NCBI GenBank assembly: GCA_024679065.1
Contig: JAGIQG010000003.1
Span: forward strand, 109,492,001-109,556,000
Direction: 5' to 3'
From: Sphyrna mokarran
Lineage: Eukaryota
Length of the DNA stretch: 64,000 nt
Below, one piece after another: positions 53,901-64,000 of the stretch. Positions within the stretch are counted from its first letter, which is position 1. The number at the start of each line of letters is the position of its first letter. The position numbers and the translations under genes were made by a program. Under the pieces are notes generated by a model. That model was not told the origin of the DNA. It did not search any database and worked only from the letters and a program-made list of their open reading frames with translations.

Positions 53901-56900
53901 CATCTCCCATAAAAGAACAAATAGGAAGAGGCTCACCACCACAGTGAATGGACTGTTGGCAACATCTACTCCTCCAAAGCGAACATAAACAATGTAGGTT
54001 CCTTTTTCAGGTGCTGTATAGTAGATGTTATAAGTTCCATCATTATTTTCAATAACATCAGCTTCTACCTCGGTCCCATCAGGAGTGCAGATTGTGCAGG
54101 TGACTTTGCCCTTGCCTGCAGCTTTTGCATCTACTTTCATTCCCAGTTCCTCTCCCAACTGAACAGTGGGTCCAAGACCAGAGCCTTAAAAAGAAAGTTA
54201 ATATTTATGCAATTACAATTTATTTTAAATGAAATTAAGATCAAGCAATTAAAGTAAAAGAAGTTATCTGCACTGTAATTCAAATGGACAATCTTAATAG
54301 GAAATGAGTCCAGGTTTTTGATCCAGTGATGATGGAATTATGATAGTAGTACCATCTGGTAGGATGGCAAATTGGCTTGAAAGTTAACTTGCAGGTGGTG
54401 GTTCTGTTCAGAATTTTTCAGCAGGTCAGTCAAGTAATATTGCAAAATGCATTGGTCAGAAATACAAATGTGCTTTTTTCCTGGTTCTACTCCCACACTG
54501 CAGGCTTCTCCAGTGCAAAGCCAAGCATGGCAATTAGCCTATTTTGACAGTTTCATTGTACATAAAAAGTTGACAAGTAGACAGCTACCTGACATCGTAC
54601 ACTTGCTAGCATCACCAGTAGCTGCTGCACGGATTCGATAAGGAGATGCTGGGATCTCATCACCCCCATATTTGATCACAATGGTGTAACGTCCAGTCTT
54701 GTCTGGTATGTAGGAAACCCTGTAGGTGCCATCATTATTATTGTGGATATTAGCTTTCTTTGGCTTCCCTTCTTGATCCTGGAGGCAAAAAAAGCTTTAA
54801 AATGTATTATCAAGCTTTTTAAATAAGCCATTTCTGACAACTGTCACTAATAATTATGAATTATTTTAACATTGCCCAATGTGGAATTTTACAGCTCAGT
54901 TGTACAATTCATCCAGAAAAACCATGTTAATATACAGCCTTTTAAAGCAAATGCTCAAGTCTAGGAAAAATGGTTCTGATTTATTTACAACTAGTAGGAT
55001 ACTCTAGGGAGATGGTTGAGTGTTGGTGTTAATAATGGCAGAAAGCTTCTTCACCCTAGACGTGTTCAATTAATTGCCATGAACAACCTAGACCAAGATT
55101 ACAATGGCAACTAGTCTTCTCCACATCCTTACAGCCAGAAATAGATACAAAGCAAGGAATGATAGTAAAATGGTCATTCAGCAAAAAAGTGTTTTTGCAG
55201 GTACTTTTAAGCATGGATTAAAAAGATCAAATGTGGGAGTTATTCAATCTAGTACTGCATGACACTTAAATCAATATTCAAAAAACATAGTTATGTCAGA
55301 CGACCCTAGCTCTTGTGATTTTCTGCCAATGATCAGAAAGAAAACTATTGTGCAGCACCTACATTACAGAAAAGGACAATGATTAAACTGGGAACAGCAA
55401 AAGGTTCAGTAATTAAGCTATTGAACAGAATAAAGACTTATTTTAAAAGCTATTATTGCATAGTTGAGGAGCAATATGGCAAGAGTTGCAAATCTACTTG
55501 AACCAGTGTGCAACTGGGTTATTGTACGTAAAGGAACACTTATTTGGAAGCTAATTAGTTTAATATACCTTGGAAATTGTTCATCCTTTATTCTTAGTTA
55601 GATAGCAGTACTAAAAGGGCAAAATAAAATCAAAACAAATCCTACAATAATTTAAATCAAAGTCCAGCTGAATAAAGCAGGCAATCTTAGCTGTCATTGG
55701 CCAAATTGCAGATCAAGCTTTCCATTGTTTCACAATTATAGGCTGCCCCTATCAGAATGCAAAGATTCTGATGGAGTTTAATACTACTAAAGGGCTGGGA
55801 TCTCAAATCAAAACACTGCTGCAGAAGTAACCAGGACAGCCGGCATACTTGTCCACTTTCCATTTAGAGTCAGGTTCACAGCAAGGAAACAGCTCAATTT
55901 ATCCATGCTGTTCCCTTTTAAAAAAAAAAATCACTATTTGCAGGGAAAGATTTTAAAACATTCATGCTTTATTTGCTTGGAACAGAAACATTTGAAACTT
56001 ACAGTCACATGTACTGAAAGGAGTCCTTCTCCAGCATCTTTGGCATCAATGGTAAATTCCACAGGTAGACTAGCTTGAACACCAGAAGAATTGAGGCCTG
56101 GCCCACTTGCTTTCACTTTGCTGGCATCATGAGTTGGCAGAACCTTAACCCTGAAAGGACTAAAACAACAGACGATAATTAATCTGACACATTTAAAGGA
56201 CTGGAATCAATTATGAACATCACTATCAACTTGTGCGATATTTGCCATCAGTAAAAGATTAAGATGCCTGACTGCATGTTTTTTGGGAGAAAAGCTAATT
56301 GGAATGTTTAATTCCTTTTATACCAATGGATATATATTTTTACTCCAAAAACAAACTGCACATCTCAGGTGCAGTCAGAAGCATACTTGGCTAATACTCA
56401 GCTAGATCAGAATGCCTTTTGTGTAGTTTTGTTTGGCACTTGGAATATCCAATTAATTGAAAAATAAAACAATCCTCAAGTTGGACCAATTGAATTTACA
56501 AAAAGATGTCATTCATGGACATGTATGAACATAAAGTGTACGAATATAACAGGTTTAAAATTAGACAATAGGCACTTCAAAGTGAAAATTTAAACCAAAC
56601 AATTATTGGCATGAATAAAGGGTCAAATAGATAATAAATAGAAGGACAAGGACTAATGAAACTTAATCAATTAAAATTTGAGATCATTGTTGATTTCCAC
56701 CACCACAAGGTAGATTTCTGTCAAGTCCTGTTAACTCAGAGGAAAATATTGTTAGAATGCAATCCTGAATCAGGACAATTATTTCTCCTCCGAATCCTGG
56801 TCTGATGTTTTCAATCTGTTTATTTGTGTTTAAGATTACGGAACTGATGTTTTATCTGTAAAGAGGCAAAGTTGACAGCAACACTGTTTAGCCTTGGAGG

Positions 56901-59900
56901 GTTTAAGTTTCTGATGTTACCTGCGAGGAATCTCTTCATCTCCATACTGGACTGAAACAGAATATGGCCCTTCGACTGAAGGTGTGTAGCTGATGGTATG
57001 AGTGCCATCACCATTGTCAATAACCTCAGCAGGCTCAATTATGGCTGCAAGAAAAGAATGAAAATATCAAAACTCTTGCACGTCAGTCCAAAGCAAAAGG
57101 TTAAATAAAGTAACCCATGTTTTTCATTAATCCAGGTAGTCAGCTGTGCACAAAAAGCTGGTTAGTCTTTTAACTAAATGCACTGCCATCTAACAGTACC
57201 AAATGCTGCAAAACTATAAAGCAGAGTCAAGACAGACCATTTCACTAGCTTTAGTAGATTTTTAATATTAAGCCATTCCAGAAAATGAGTGCAGAGGGAA
57301 AAGAGACATCCATTTGGAGTCTTTTGCTCTTGGTATTCCATAGCAAAGAAAACATTGCTACTTCAGTTCATATTAATTTTGTAATTTACTCATTCAAAGT
57401 TTTAATGCATATTGAGGTTTGCTTTAAATCAGAACAGCACTGCAAGTAGATTTAGAGTGGCAATGTTGTGCACTTACTCTAAGCTGCCTGGCCATAAATC
57501 AAGCAATACCAAGTCACAAGTAGGCTTACATTAACATGGCAATAAAGTTAGAGAAGATGCCCTAGTTGCCACTGGCACCAGTTTGGGTACACAGAATTTA
57601 GCATGGCTGATGCACCCAACCAGCATGTTTTTTGGACTATGGTAAGAGACTGGAGCACCAAGGGAAATCCACACAAAAAAGGAAGTGTGTAGACTTTACA
57701 CAGTGACAAGTCAGGAACTGAAATTGGTACCATCATTGAGGCAGCAGTGCTAACTATTGTGCTACCCAATAAGGCATAATCTTGTGGGATTAGTACAGCC
57801 CCAACGCAAAATACTACAGCTGAAAATCAAATCAAAATTGAGTAGATTCACTTAAACTAGCCTACGTTGAGCAGTCTACACTTCAAGACATTGAAGCAAA
57901 CCTAAAAACTTTCAATGAGCAAAAGATTTAAAATAATTTACCAGTTTCGCAGTATCAAGACCATTATAAATTAGAGCCGTGAAGCATCAGGATTCTTCAA
58001 AATTTACATTTGTCCAGAATTGAAATAAATTCAATTAGGTCATGCAGAAATTTGTTATGAAATGCAACAGAAATGTGCAATTAAATACTGATTTTCATTT
58101 TAGAAAAAAGTCAACCAGATTGCTCAAATCAGAAAGGGATTACCAAATAAAAATGGAATTTGATTTAAAAAATCCTTTATACAAAATTGACAAGGTCTTG
58201 TTAAGAGTGACAAGATGGAAAGTAAAATTCTACTTGAAGCATTAGGCCTAGCTCTTTGGCTCTTAACATGAAAGCAAACAGGACCAGCTTAGTTGTTCCC
58301 GGCTATATACGCCCGCCACCTTTCTTGCCTTGTGGAGATTAAGCAGCTCAAATCCAAACCTGTCTCACTGTCATCGTTCTTGGTCTCTCCTTTAAAGAAG
58401 TCTGCAATCGTTTTCAAAGGACTGCGCCATGGTTGGGGCTGTGCCTCACCAACTAGAACAGAAAACCTTTAACTTGCAGCAAATCTGAACAGTCACTCAA
58501 AAGGTGACGTGATACCCTTAACCAAAAGGGCACAATGCTTCGTAGCCGTGCAACTGGGCAAAAACTTAAGACAACACAAAAAATTCCGCTCCTAACAGAG
58601 TCATACGAAGCATGTACCTAGCACACAAGCACTATCATATAACTGAATCAATCTTATACTCAGACTTCTCATCCTCACATCCAAACAGTAAGGGGTTGTA
58701 TAGATCTGTATCATGAATTAGCATTTTTAATCAATGACTAATTAAAACTGCTCAAGTTACAATTGTACCTTTTGGTCCCAGCACAGTTACTTGGAGGGGA
58801 GCTTTTCCAGCCTTGCTACAGTCCACGGTGAACTGTTGTGGAACTTTGGCTCGTACTCCTGAACTCAGCCCAGGCCCAGTACACTTCACTTTGCTTGGGT
58901 CCACAACATCTTTGACTGGCACCTTAAATGGACTGCCTACAAAAAACCAAAGGCTACTTCAATGGTTTGTACTTTAGATTTTTTTTCCCCCCGACATTAC
59001 TCATTTTAAATGAGTACAGAGCTTTCACTTTTCATTCAAAATGTCAGTGTTAAAACAGGCAATTAGCAATATTTAGATTTGTGGATACTGCATTTTCAAT
59101 TACAAATTTGTCAAAGTTACTGTACAAATAGTTGAAATGAATTCCAACCAACCTTTCAGACAATCCATTCAAAAAGTTTAAAATATTTAATAAGTTCATC
59201 CCAACAGTAAAAAGAAAAAAATTAGGAAATTCTGCTTGCATCATAAATTATATGAAATACATTTAGTCAAGGTTTAGCCAAGTAGTCCATTATACAGGAA
59301 GGAGGCAAAATTTATTGCTATTCAAGGCACTGCCATTTGAAAATAGTGTAGAATGAAACATTGAATAAAGGGAGATAAACAAAGTTGAGCATCTTGGGAA
59401 TATAGCTGAATGTTAATAGTTTTCTTATGACTAGACCTTTGAAATAAGCTCTAAAATTATTGAAAAACGATTTGTTCTAGGTAATAGCTATGTAATTCTT
59501 AACTTTGGTTTACAGTTGATTTAAAACAGTAGATTGAGCAAAACAAACTTAAGGCTTACCAGTTATGTGCTGTCCTCCATAAGTAATATTCAAGTCATAA
59601 TCTCCAGGGGTGTAAGGAGTATATTCAACACTGCAGCTGCCATCTTTGTTATCCTTGCAAGAGATCTTTGCCTCTGAAGGTCCTTCAACAGTAATACCAA
59701 GGCCACCAGTACCTGCTCCTCTGCATCACAAGATTTTTAGTTACTAGCTTTGTTAGTGTATGAAAAATATTAAATTCACACAAGTTTAGCATTGTGCCAC
59801 TATTCAATTCAAAAATGAATCATTCCAGGGCAGTGAACAATTAAAAGTGGTGCAGCCTAGAAACTCTTTCATGCTGATTGCCAATTCATTATCCTACAGC

Positions 59901-62900
59901 AGTCAGTAGTCAAACCCACATCTAGACACAAAAATGGGACAAAATGTCTCAAACGAAGGTTCAATAGACAAATAGTTGCAGTTTAGATGTCTGTGGATCT
60001 CACACATTGATCATCAATACTGGTAAATATTACAAACATGTAGATCACTATATGCATGCTGTTTTATTTCATGAGTCAATTTCTATTGATTCAACTATGT
60101 TTTTGATCAAGAATGAGGGTAACTTGTGTGTTCAGTATGAGAACGTAGTTGCTGTGAAATGAATCCCGTCTCAAAATCCCAGGTGGAATAAATTGAACTC
60201 TTCAGTCCAAAGCAAATTGAGAATACCTTGTTACCACAGAGAACTTGTTCACTTTGTTAGTCAAGCCCTCCTGAAGTCCAGGTCCACTTGCTGAGACACG
60301 CGAAGGGTCACAACCTTCAGTGACTCCTACCTTGAATGGACTCTTTGGAACTGGTGCATCATCATAGGTTACATCAATAGAGTGTATACCTGTACACAAA
60401 AAATATGACTGAAAGTTCATGTTAAACCCTTACCATTTTCTAGTATTGGGAATAGCAAGACATTGGTTTCATTTAACAAGAAACAGCATTTGTAGGAGTT
60501 TTGGCTGTGACAAATGTTAAGCAGGAACATAATAGCAGGAATAGGCTATTCAGCCATTCAATACAACCATAGTTGAACTTGTGCCAACTCCACTTTTTCC
60601 TTCCATCCCAAAATGCCCTGTCTCAGGCTCAAAATGTATTCAAAGATGGAGCACCCACAACTGAATAGGGAATTCTAAAGATTCCCAAACAATGAAAATT
60701 TGTGAAATAACCACCCCTTATTCAGAGAATGCATCTTCAATGTGTGAGATTAGCCTGTCAAACCCAATCAGAATCTTTCTGCTGTGGATGCTGCTTTGAT
60801 CTTAACCATGCACTTGTGAACTGATCTGAAAACAAGTCAGGGTCAACAATAGTCAATCAATTTATAACAAAACAAAGTGGCAGTTATTATTACTACAATG
60901 GTGGTGTGGACTGTAGCCTCTTGTCTATCCAGAAATTGAAATACTTAAACTGATAAAGAATGTGCATACTGAAGAGCTGGAAAAGTTAGATAAAGCTCAA
61001 GTTAAAGGACATCCATGCAATCATGTCTTAAAGGGTTTGACTCAAATTAGTACAATTAAGCCTTCTGAAGAGTGAATTTCCATCATACCCTTTTCATATG
61101 GTGTGTACTCCACTGCATATGTCCCATTTCCATTATCCTTAATCAGGCAATCAGTGCGGGATCCTGAAGGATTTATGACACCTGCTCTGATATGGTTTCC
61201 TCCCACTTTGGTCAGTGAACTTGCATCAATAATAAAGTCAGTTGTAGCATCACAGAAAACACCTACAAAAAGCAATGCAGCTTTAAGTAAAATCCAACCA
61301 AGTTTAAAAAAGGACCATTACCATCCTGGCCACTTTTCAGCCTTAACTTTCAATGCATTGTGCTATGGACCAGAAAATCTCACTTCTGTGCATTCAACAT
61401 CAGCTGATTTGGACATATTGGAATGTTAAAACTACACATTTTCTGGGGCTTAGCAAGTCTAAGGCTTTCATCTTTGTGCAGTATCCTTTTGCTCAAAGTC
61501 AAGACAAGGACCTCAGTTAACAAAAAGGTCAACTATAATGCTCTGCCTGAGCTAGCAGTTGTTTGGAGTAGGAGGACTGCCAGCAACCTCAGGCATGCTG
61601 TGCATGCCAATACAAAAAACTGGAAAGAATGTTTACAAATAATCATGGAACTGATTAAAACATCACGGAAATATTGAATGACACATCTAGGACAAGCTGA
61701 TTCATGAAATTAATATATACCCAGATTTAACAGTTACTCAAAATTGATTTTTAACTGACATTTGAGTCCCATTAATAGAAGATTGAGACAAGAAAGGGAA
61801 TTTTTATAAATCTATGATACATAAATCACTAAGTCTACTTGGTGCATACATGAAGTTTCAAGCACTTATGTAACCACCACAATTATAGTACTTGAGTATT
61901 GCGCTGGCAAAGCTTGCTAACAAACTCTGCTCGAGAAGATAGCAATGCCTCATACGATACATCTTGTCACGCTTTTTTGAATTTGCATATTGCTTGACTG
62001 TCCATTCATCATCCATCATGAAAACAAAGAACTTGTCTTATCAACCCCTTTTCAGAGCTGGATTCAGGGTCCCTTGGCTAGAATTGTGGTTATATCAATT
62101 TAAGATTTGATCTACATTCCTTGGCAAGGTTTGTTAAAGATCTTCTGCTCCAGATTTCTTAATCCACTGTGCAGATTATGTTTAGCCATCTCCAAAGCTT
62201 GTTGTATAGTCAGATTAGGACTATGCAGTGCTCTTGCTATCAAACCAGTGTACTCTAAGTTCAGCTATTATCCCTGTCAGCTGAATGTTCAGCCTCATAC
62301 TCAAATTGTTAACCACTTTACTGCACAAGTGACTCAATCCATCAATAATTAGGGAAGGTCATTTAAACTTGCATGCCCCTGCCCCAGCATGAAACATCTG
62401 AGTGATTAGCATAACCAAAATAGTCATACATTTAGACAGACTAAGTGGCAATCAAGTCTATAATGTACATGAATTAGATCTTTGAGCACTTCCCTATTAA
62501 AGGAATCTACTTCATTTAAAGTAGGTTTGCTGCAAGAGTAAAAATGGCAAACATTTTCCCAAACTTTCTCTGCCATTCCTAAATATTAAAAATAAAAACA
62601 TGAGAATGTGACAGGTTTACAGCTTTGTATACTGATTACAAAATGAAATGTTGGAACACTTAAATGTTATATTACAAGTTGTGCACAAAATGGAAATAAA
62701 GATTTCCTGCCTTGTGTAATAGTTCAGATTGAACTTTTTGTCAGTATTGTGTCAGCTGACTGCACAATGATCAAGTTATCTATAACAAGTTAAATTAACT
62801 TTATATAGGTGGTTTTAAAGACAGCTAATTTTATAGAGTTGAATAGGATTACACAAATATATTGCAAAGAATAGCAAATACATGTGATTGCCAATTTAAT

Positions 62901-64000
62901 TCATCACTAACCATGCAACCTGCAAAATGTTAATAATGGCAGGAACTGCAGCTATTAGGCATTGGTCTAGGCTCAAAGGCTTGTTGACAATCCAAGATAT
63001 GCTGCACTATTAGTCAACCTCATTCAAAACATGACCTCTAAATCTTCACCTGCCCTTAAAAAGGCAGATGTAAAAGATTTTGTATCACTCGAACAATAGT
63101 GAACCTTCCCTGACTGGCCCTCCACCACTCAACTATACAATGAAAACCTGGCTATTTTGTACCATTGCTATTGTCAGTGCACTCTGGAGCACAGATTTGT
63201 TGCTACATTTTCTGAAATAAAGCAGTGGTAAGCAAATTGCTTTGGGACATGCTAATATTCTGCAAATTAAAATTTTATGTAAATTGACTCCAGCTATAGT
63301 TCAATTTCATATCACAATATCATATGCTAATTTTATTAGCAGGCATACAATAAATATCAAAGTGGAAAAATGCTTGCTAAAAGACCACAAGAATAACCAA
63401 AAAAGATTAAATACAAACAGCTTACCACGTCCTTCAATTCCAGGTCCATATACTTTAACACTGCTTGTATCAACTGCTGGATCCACCTGGAGCCGTACTG
63501 GAAAATTGGGCACAGGCTGCCCTCCATATTTCAGTGCAATTGTGTGAGGACCATGCTGATGTGGAATACAGCTGACTGTGTGAGTGCCATCACCATTATC
63601 CTGAATGTGGGCTTCAGCCTGGACACCATCCTCTGATACTGGCTCTATGGTCAATTCACCAGGGCCAGCTTTAGAACAGTCAACAGTGAATAGTCCAGCT
63701 TCTCCAACTTTTCCACGTTCCAATCCAGGACCAGAGGCAATAACTTTGGAGGGGTCAAAGGGCAGTTTGACATCTGCCTTGAATGGAGAACCTGGAATGT
63801 GAACTTCTTCAAACAAAATATTAATAAGATATTCGCCAGCTTCATTTGGTAAATAGGAGACTGAGCAGGTTCCATCCCCATTATCTGAGCACTCAATCTT
63901 GGCTTCACATGGACCTTCCACAGTGAGACCCAGCCCACCCGTACCAGCTCCTTTGGTGTCTACAGTGAATTCAGCAGATTTGCCGACAACACCACTTTTG
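20783..64000 (-). CDS. FLNB: Filamin B gene, 3' half (multi-exon; Ig repeats 9-24 and hinges 1 and 2; 5' part lies beyond the window)
   Basis: 26 exons with GT-AG boundaries join in one open frame encoding filamin Ig repeats (GPGL, DNxDGT, GSPF motifs). FLNB-type residues: [40 protein letters not shown] hinge, WRSPLK cassette exon, [18 protein letters not shown]. No FLNA/FLNC-type VSIGGHGL mini-exon seen. Confidence 0.93.
23407..23610 (-). CDS. FLNB: FLNB exon, 204 nt (hinge 2 and start of Ig24)
   Basis: [24 protein letters not shown]...FSVDCSRA; CAG/GTAAA. Confidence 0.95.
24470..24770 (+). mobile_element. V-SINE in FLNB intron
   Basis: agtggttagcactactgcctcagc...gtctgtgtggagtttgca...ggtgaattggccatgctaaa. 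Confidence 0.85.
25145..25404 (+). mobile_element. Rex1/Babar-like LINE 3' end
   Basis: gggaaagatacaaaagtctg...gactcaagaacagcttctcccc and a caataaatcaaat tail. Confidence 0.55.
25761..25979 (-). CDS. FLNB: FLNB exon, 219 nt (Ig23)
   Basis: [49 protein letters not shown]...SPFKANVT; CAG/GTAAT. Confidence 0.95.
26030..26625 (+). mobile_element. Old Deu-domain SINE (SacSINE1/AmnSINE1-like) interrupted by a V-SINE
   Basis: tRNA-like head gtggctcagttggtagcactctt...aagtcccactcc; Deu-like ggagcaggggagttatcc..gtgtcctgatcaatattta after the insertion. Confidence 0.6.
26145..26405 (-). mobile_element. V-SINE nested in the Deu-SINE
   Basis: aggcttacatttacactgcaatg...tgggaggaaactagag...gagaatgtgcaaactcca. 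Confidence 0.8.
29065..29354 (-). mobile_element. V-SINE
   Basis: aatttagcatggcca...gcagcaatgctaaccactgtgccac. Confidence 0.75.
30429..30756 (+). mobile_element. Young CR1/HER1-like LINE 3' end, 5'-truncated
   Basis: Uninterrupted ORF2 C-terminus ([21 protein letters not shown]...WNALP), CpGs retained, gggcctgttctgtgctgt..gttcta tail. Confidence 0.9.
31024..31200 (-). CDS. FLNB: FLNB exon, 177 nt (Ig22/23)
   Basis: [39 protein letters not shown]...GLEKGTT; CAG/GTAAGT. Confidence 0.95.
31310..31442 (-). CDS. FLNB: FLNB exon, 133 nt (Ig22)
   Basis: [44 protein letters not shown]; CAG/GTAAG. Confidence 0.95.
31480..31990 (+). mobile_element. CR1-clade LINE 3' end, older
   Basis: Same family as 8835-9365 (tccagaactagggatcat...gtgaggagaaatttcttcaccc). 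Confidence 0.75.
33387..33495 (-). promoter_or_regulatory. Predicted editing-complementary sequence (ECS) for the FLNB Q/R A-to-I site
   Basis: Inverted complement of the exon end and intron start (34514-34607). Most differences are G-U compatible on the minus-strand RNA; includes a nested perfect 13-bp stem (33483-33495 with 34514-34526). Confidence 0.75.
34578..34693 (-). CDS. FLNB: FLNB exon, 116 nt (Ig21/22), ending in the Q/R editing codon
   Basis: [39 protein letters not shown]; ends CTTCAG|GTGAGA. Confidence 0.95.
35447..35584 (-). CDS. FLNB: FLNB exon, 138 nt (Ig21, integrin-binding repeat)
   Basis: [46 protein letters not shown]; TAG/GTGAGT. Confidence 0.95.
36540..36806 (-). CDS. 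FLNB: FLNB exon, 267 nt (Ig20/21)
   Basis: [23 protein letters not shown]...[13 protein letters not shown]; TAG/GTAAGT. Confidence 0.95.
37955..38182 (-). CDS. FLNB: Putative 228-nt cassette exon encoding a filamin-C-like Ig20 insertion (76 aa)
   Basis: Long polypyrimidine tract plus CAG acceptor (38183-38184), G|GTGCGT donor (37949-37954), phase 1-1, no stops. Encodes [13 protein letters not shown]...[25 protein letters not shown], resembling the recalled FLNC insertion GNWFQMVSAQERL...PFPAVFGDFLGRE at the same KIP| position. Confidence 0.82.
39405..39527 (-). CDS. FLNB: FLNB exon, 123 nt (Ig19/20; the 41-aa segment skipped in filamin var-1)
   Basis: [41 protein letters not shown]; CAG/GTAAG. 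Confidence 0.95.
39690..39977 (-). mobile_element. V-SINE
   Basis: gccaatccacctaatctgcacatctttggactgtgggaggaaacc. Confidence 0.8.
40955..41107 (-). CDS. FLNB: FLNB exon, 153 nt (Ig19)
   Basis: [51 protein letters not shown]; CAG/GTATG. Confidence 0.95.
41961..42164 (-). CDS. FLNB: FLNB exon, 204 nt (Ig18/19)
   Basis: [27 protein letters not shown]...[16 protein letters not shown]; TAG/GTAAG. Confidence 0.95.
42649..42807 (-). CDS. FLNB: FLNB exon, 159 nt (Ig18)
   Basis: [53 protein letters not shown]; CAG/GTAAGT. Confidence 0.95.
43580..43848 (+). mobile_element. V-SINE
   Basis: gacctgggttcaattcccagcttgggtgactgt...gatgtgcaggttaggtgaattggcc. Confidence 0.8.
44781..45111 (-). mobile_element. 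Young CR1/HER1-like LINE 3' end, near-identical to 30429-30756
   Basis: ORF 44859-45092 [24 protein letters not shown]...KGMV; same tail. Confidence 0.9.
45173..45346 (-). CDS. FLNB: FLNB exon, 174 nt (Ig17)
   Basis: [58 protein letters not shown]; TAG/GTAAT. Confidence 0.95.
45736..45864 (-). CDS. FLNB: FLNB exon, 129 nt (Ig16/17)
   Basis: [43 protein letters not shown]; CAG/GTAAG. Confidence 0.95.
46348..46488 (-). CDS. FLNB: FLNB exon, 141 nt (Ig16)
   Basis: [47 protein letters not shown]; TAG/GTATT. Confidence 0.95.
48240..48892. mobile_element. MITE / non-autonomous DNA transposon with terminal inverted repeats
   Basis: Left end ggccctgttttaccatt; right end aatggtaaaatcaggtcc (reverse complement ggacctgattttaccatt); GC-richer interior; no clean TSD. 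Confidence 0.6.
49526..49628 (-). CDS. FLNB: FLNB exon, 103 nt (Ig16 start)
   Basis: [34 protein letters not shown]; AAG/GTAAA. Confidence 0.92.
51570..51659 (-). CDS. FLNB: FLNB hinge-1 (H1) cassette exon, 90 nt
   Basis: Phase 0-0, TAG/GTACA. Encodes [30 protein letters not shown], similar at both ends to recalled human H1 exon ATDGEVTAVEEAPVNACPPGFRPW. Confidence 0.9.
51681..51758 (-). promoter_or_regulatory. Splicing-regulatory motifs upstream of H1 exon: ACTAAC (QKI site/branch point, 51681-51686) and TGCATG (RBFOX, 51753-51758)
   Basis: Exact motif matches within 100 nt of the acceptor. Confidence 0.6.
53937..54184 (-). CDS. FLNB: FLNB exon, 248 nt (Ig15)
   Basis: [31 protein letters not shown]...NSPFTVV; AAG acceptor, GTGAG donor. 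Confidence 0.95.
54589..54778 (-). CDS. FLNB: FLNB exon, 190 nt (Ig14/15)
   Basis: [63 protein letters not shown]; CAG/GTAGC. Confidence 0.94.
56003..56159 (-). CDS. FLNB: FLNB exon, 157 nt (Ig13/14)
   Basis: [53 protein letters not shown]; TAG/GTAAGT. Confidence 0.95.
56921..57044 (-). CDS. FLNB: FLNB exon, 124 nt (Ig13)
   Basis: [42 protein letters not shown]; CAG/GTAAC. Confidence 0.95.
57510..57768 (-). mobile_element. V-SINE
   Basis: gtcacaagtaggcttacattaac...gcagcagtgctaactattgtgc. Confidence 0.8.
58360..58452 (-). CDS. FLNB: FLNB alternative 93-nt cassette exon (31-aa insertion in Ig13)
   Basis: TAG acceptor at 58453-58454, GTTTG donor at 58359, phase 1-1. Encodes [31 protein letters not shown], matching the recalled human FLNB long-isoform insert ADDTDSQSWRSPLKALSEFFKGDPKGDFNKT in position and length. 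Confidence 0.88.
58769..58936 (-). CDS. FLNB: FLNB exon, 168 nt (Ig12/13)
   Basis: [56 protein letters not shown]; TAG/GTACA. Confidence 0.95.
59560..59720 (-). CDS. FLNB: FLNB exon, 161 nt (Ig12)
   Basis: [54 protein letters not shown]; CAG/GTAAG; translated by hand. Confidence 0.95.
60227..60389 (-). CDS. FLNB: FLNB exon, 163 nt (Ig11/12)
   Basis: [32 protein letters not shown]...FSVVTR; CAG acceptor, GTATT donor. Confidence 0.95.
60525..60780 (-). mobile_element. Decayed CR1-like LINE 3' end
   Basis: aacataatagcaggaataggctattcagcc tail in reverse orientation. Confidence 0.5.
61089..61262 (-). CDS. FLNB: FLNB exon, 174 nt (Ig11)
   Basis: [22 protein letters not shown]...YTPYEK; TAG acceptor, GTATG donor. 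Confidence 0.95.
63426..64000 (-). CDS. FLNB: FLNB large exon (approx. human exon 21; Ig9-Ig10-start of Ig11), truncated by window edge
   Basis: ORF 63307-63921: [22 protein letters not shown]...[11 protein letters not shown]; donor G|GTAAG at 63425. Confidence 0.95.

Noticed and set aside
25720-63802. Plus-strand ORFs overlapping FLNB exons (e.g. 41858-42322, 35431-35706, 63242-63547)
   Set aside because: Antisense shadows of coding exons with no recognisable protein.
20783-64000. Calling the gene FLNC because of the Ig20 insertion
   Set aside because: Ig18/19, hinge-1, Ig24 residues and the WRSPLK exon match FLNB, and no VSIGGHGL segment is present in Ig15.

Overview
Eukaryotic, AT-rich vertebrate genomic DNA, almost certainly a shark or ray given the abundant HE1-type V-SINEs, CR1/HER1-like LINE ends and Penelope elements. 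Positions ~19.5-64 kb hold the 3' half of a filamin B gene (FLNB) on the minus strand. I traced 26 canonical GT-AG coding exons in one continuous frame, from Ig repeat 9 to the stop at 20783, then a ~1.3 kb 3' UTR with AATAAA at 19491-19496. Two further in-frame exons sit in the introns. One is the 93-nt FLNB Ig13 cassette exon (WRSPLK motif). The other, the main finding, is a 228-nt phase-1 exon (37955-38182) homologous to the muscle Ig20 insertion usually described as unique to filamin C, with (U)GCAUG RBFOX motifs around it. A long G-U-rich intronic duplex partner (33387-33495) for the conserved ADAR Q/R recoding site (34579) is also visible, as are QKI and RBFOX motifs at the hinge-1 exon. 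Positions 1-19 kb are mostly decayed retroelements and include two short SINE-linked local duplications. No prokaryotic features, CRISPR arrays, tRNA or rRNA genes were found. Human filamin sequences and exon numbers used for comparison are recalled from memory, not searched.
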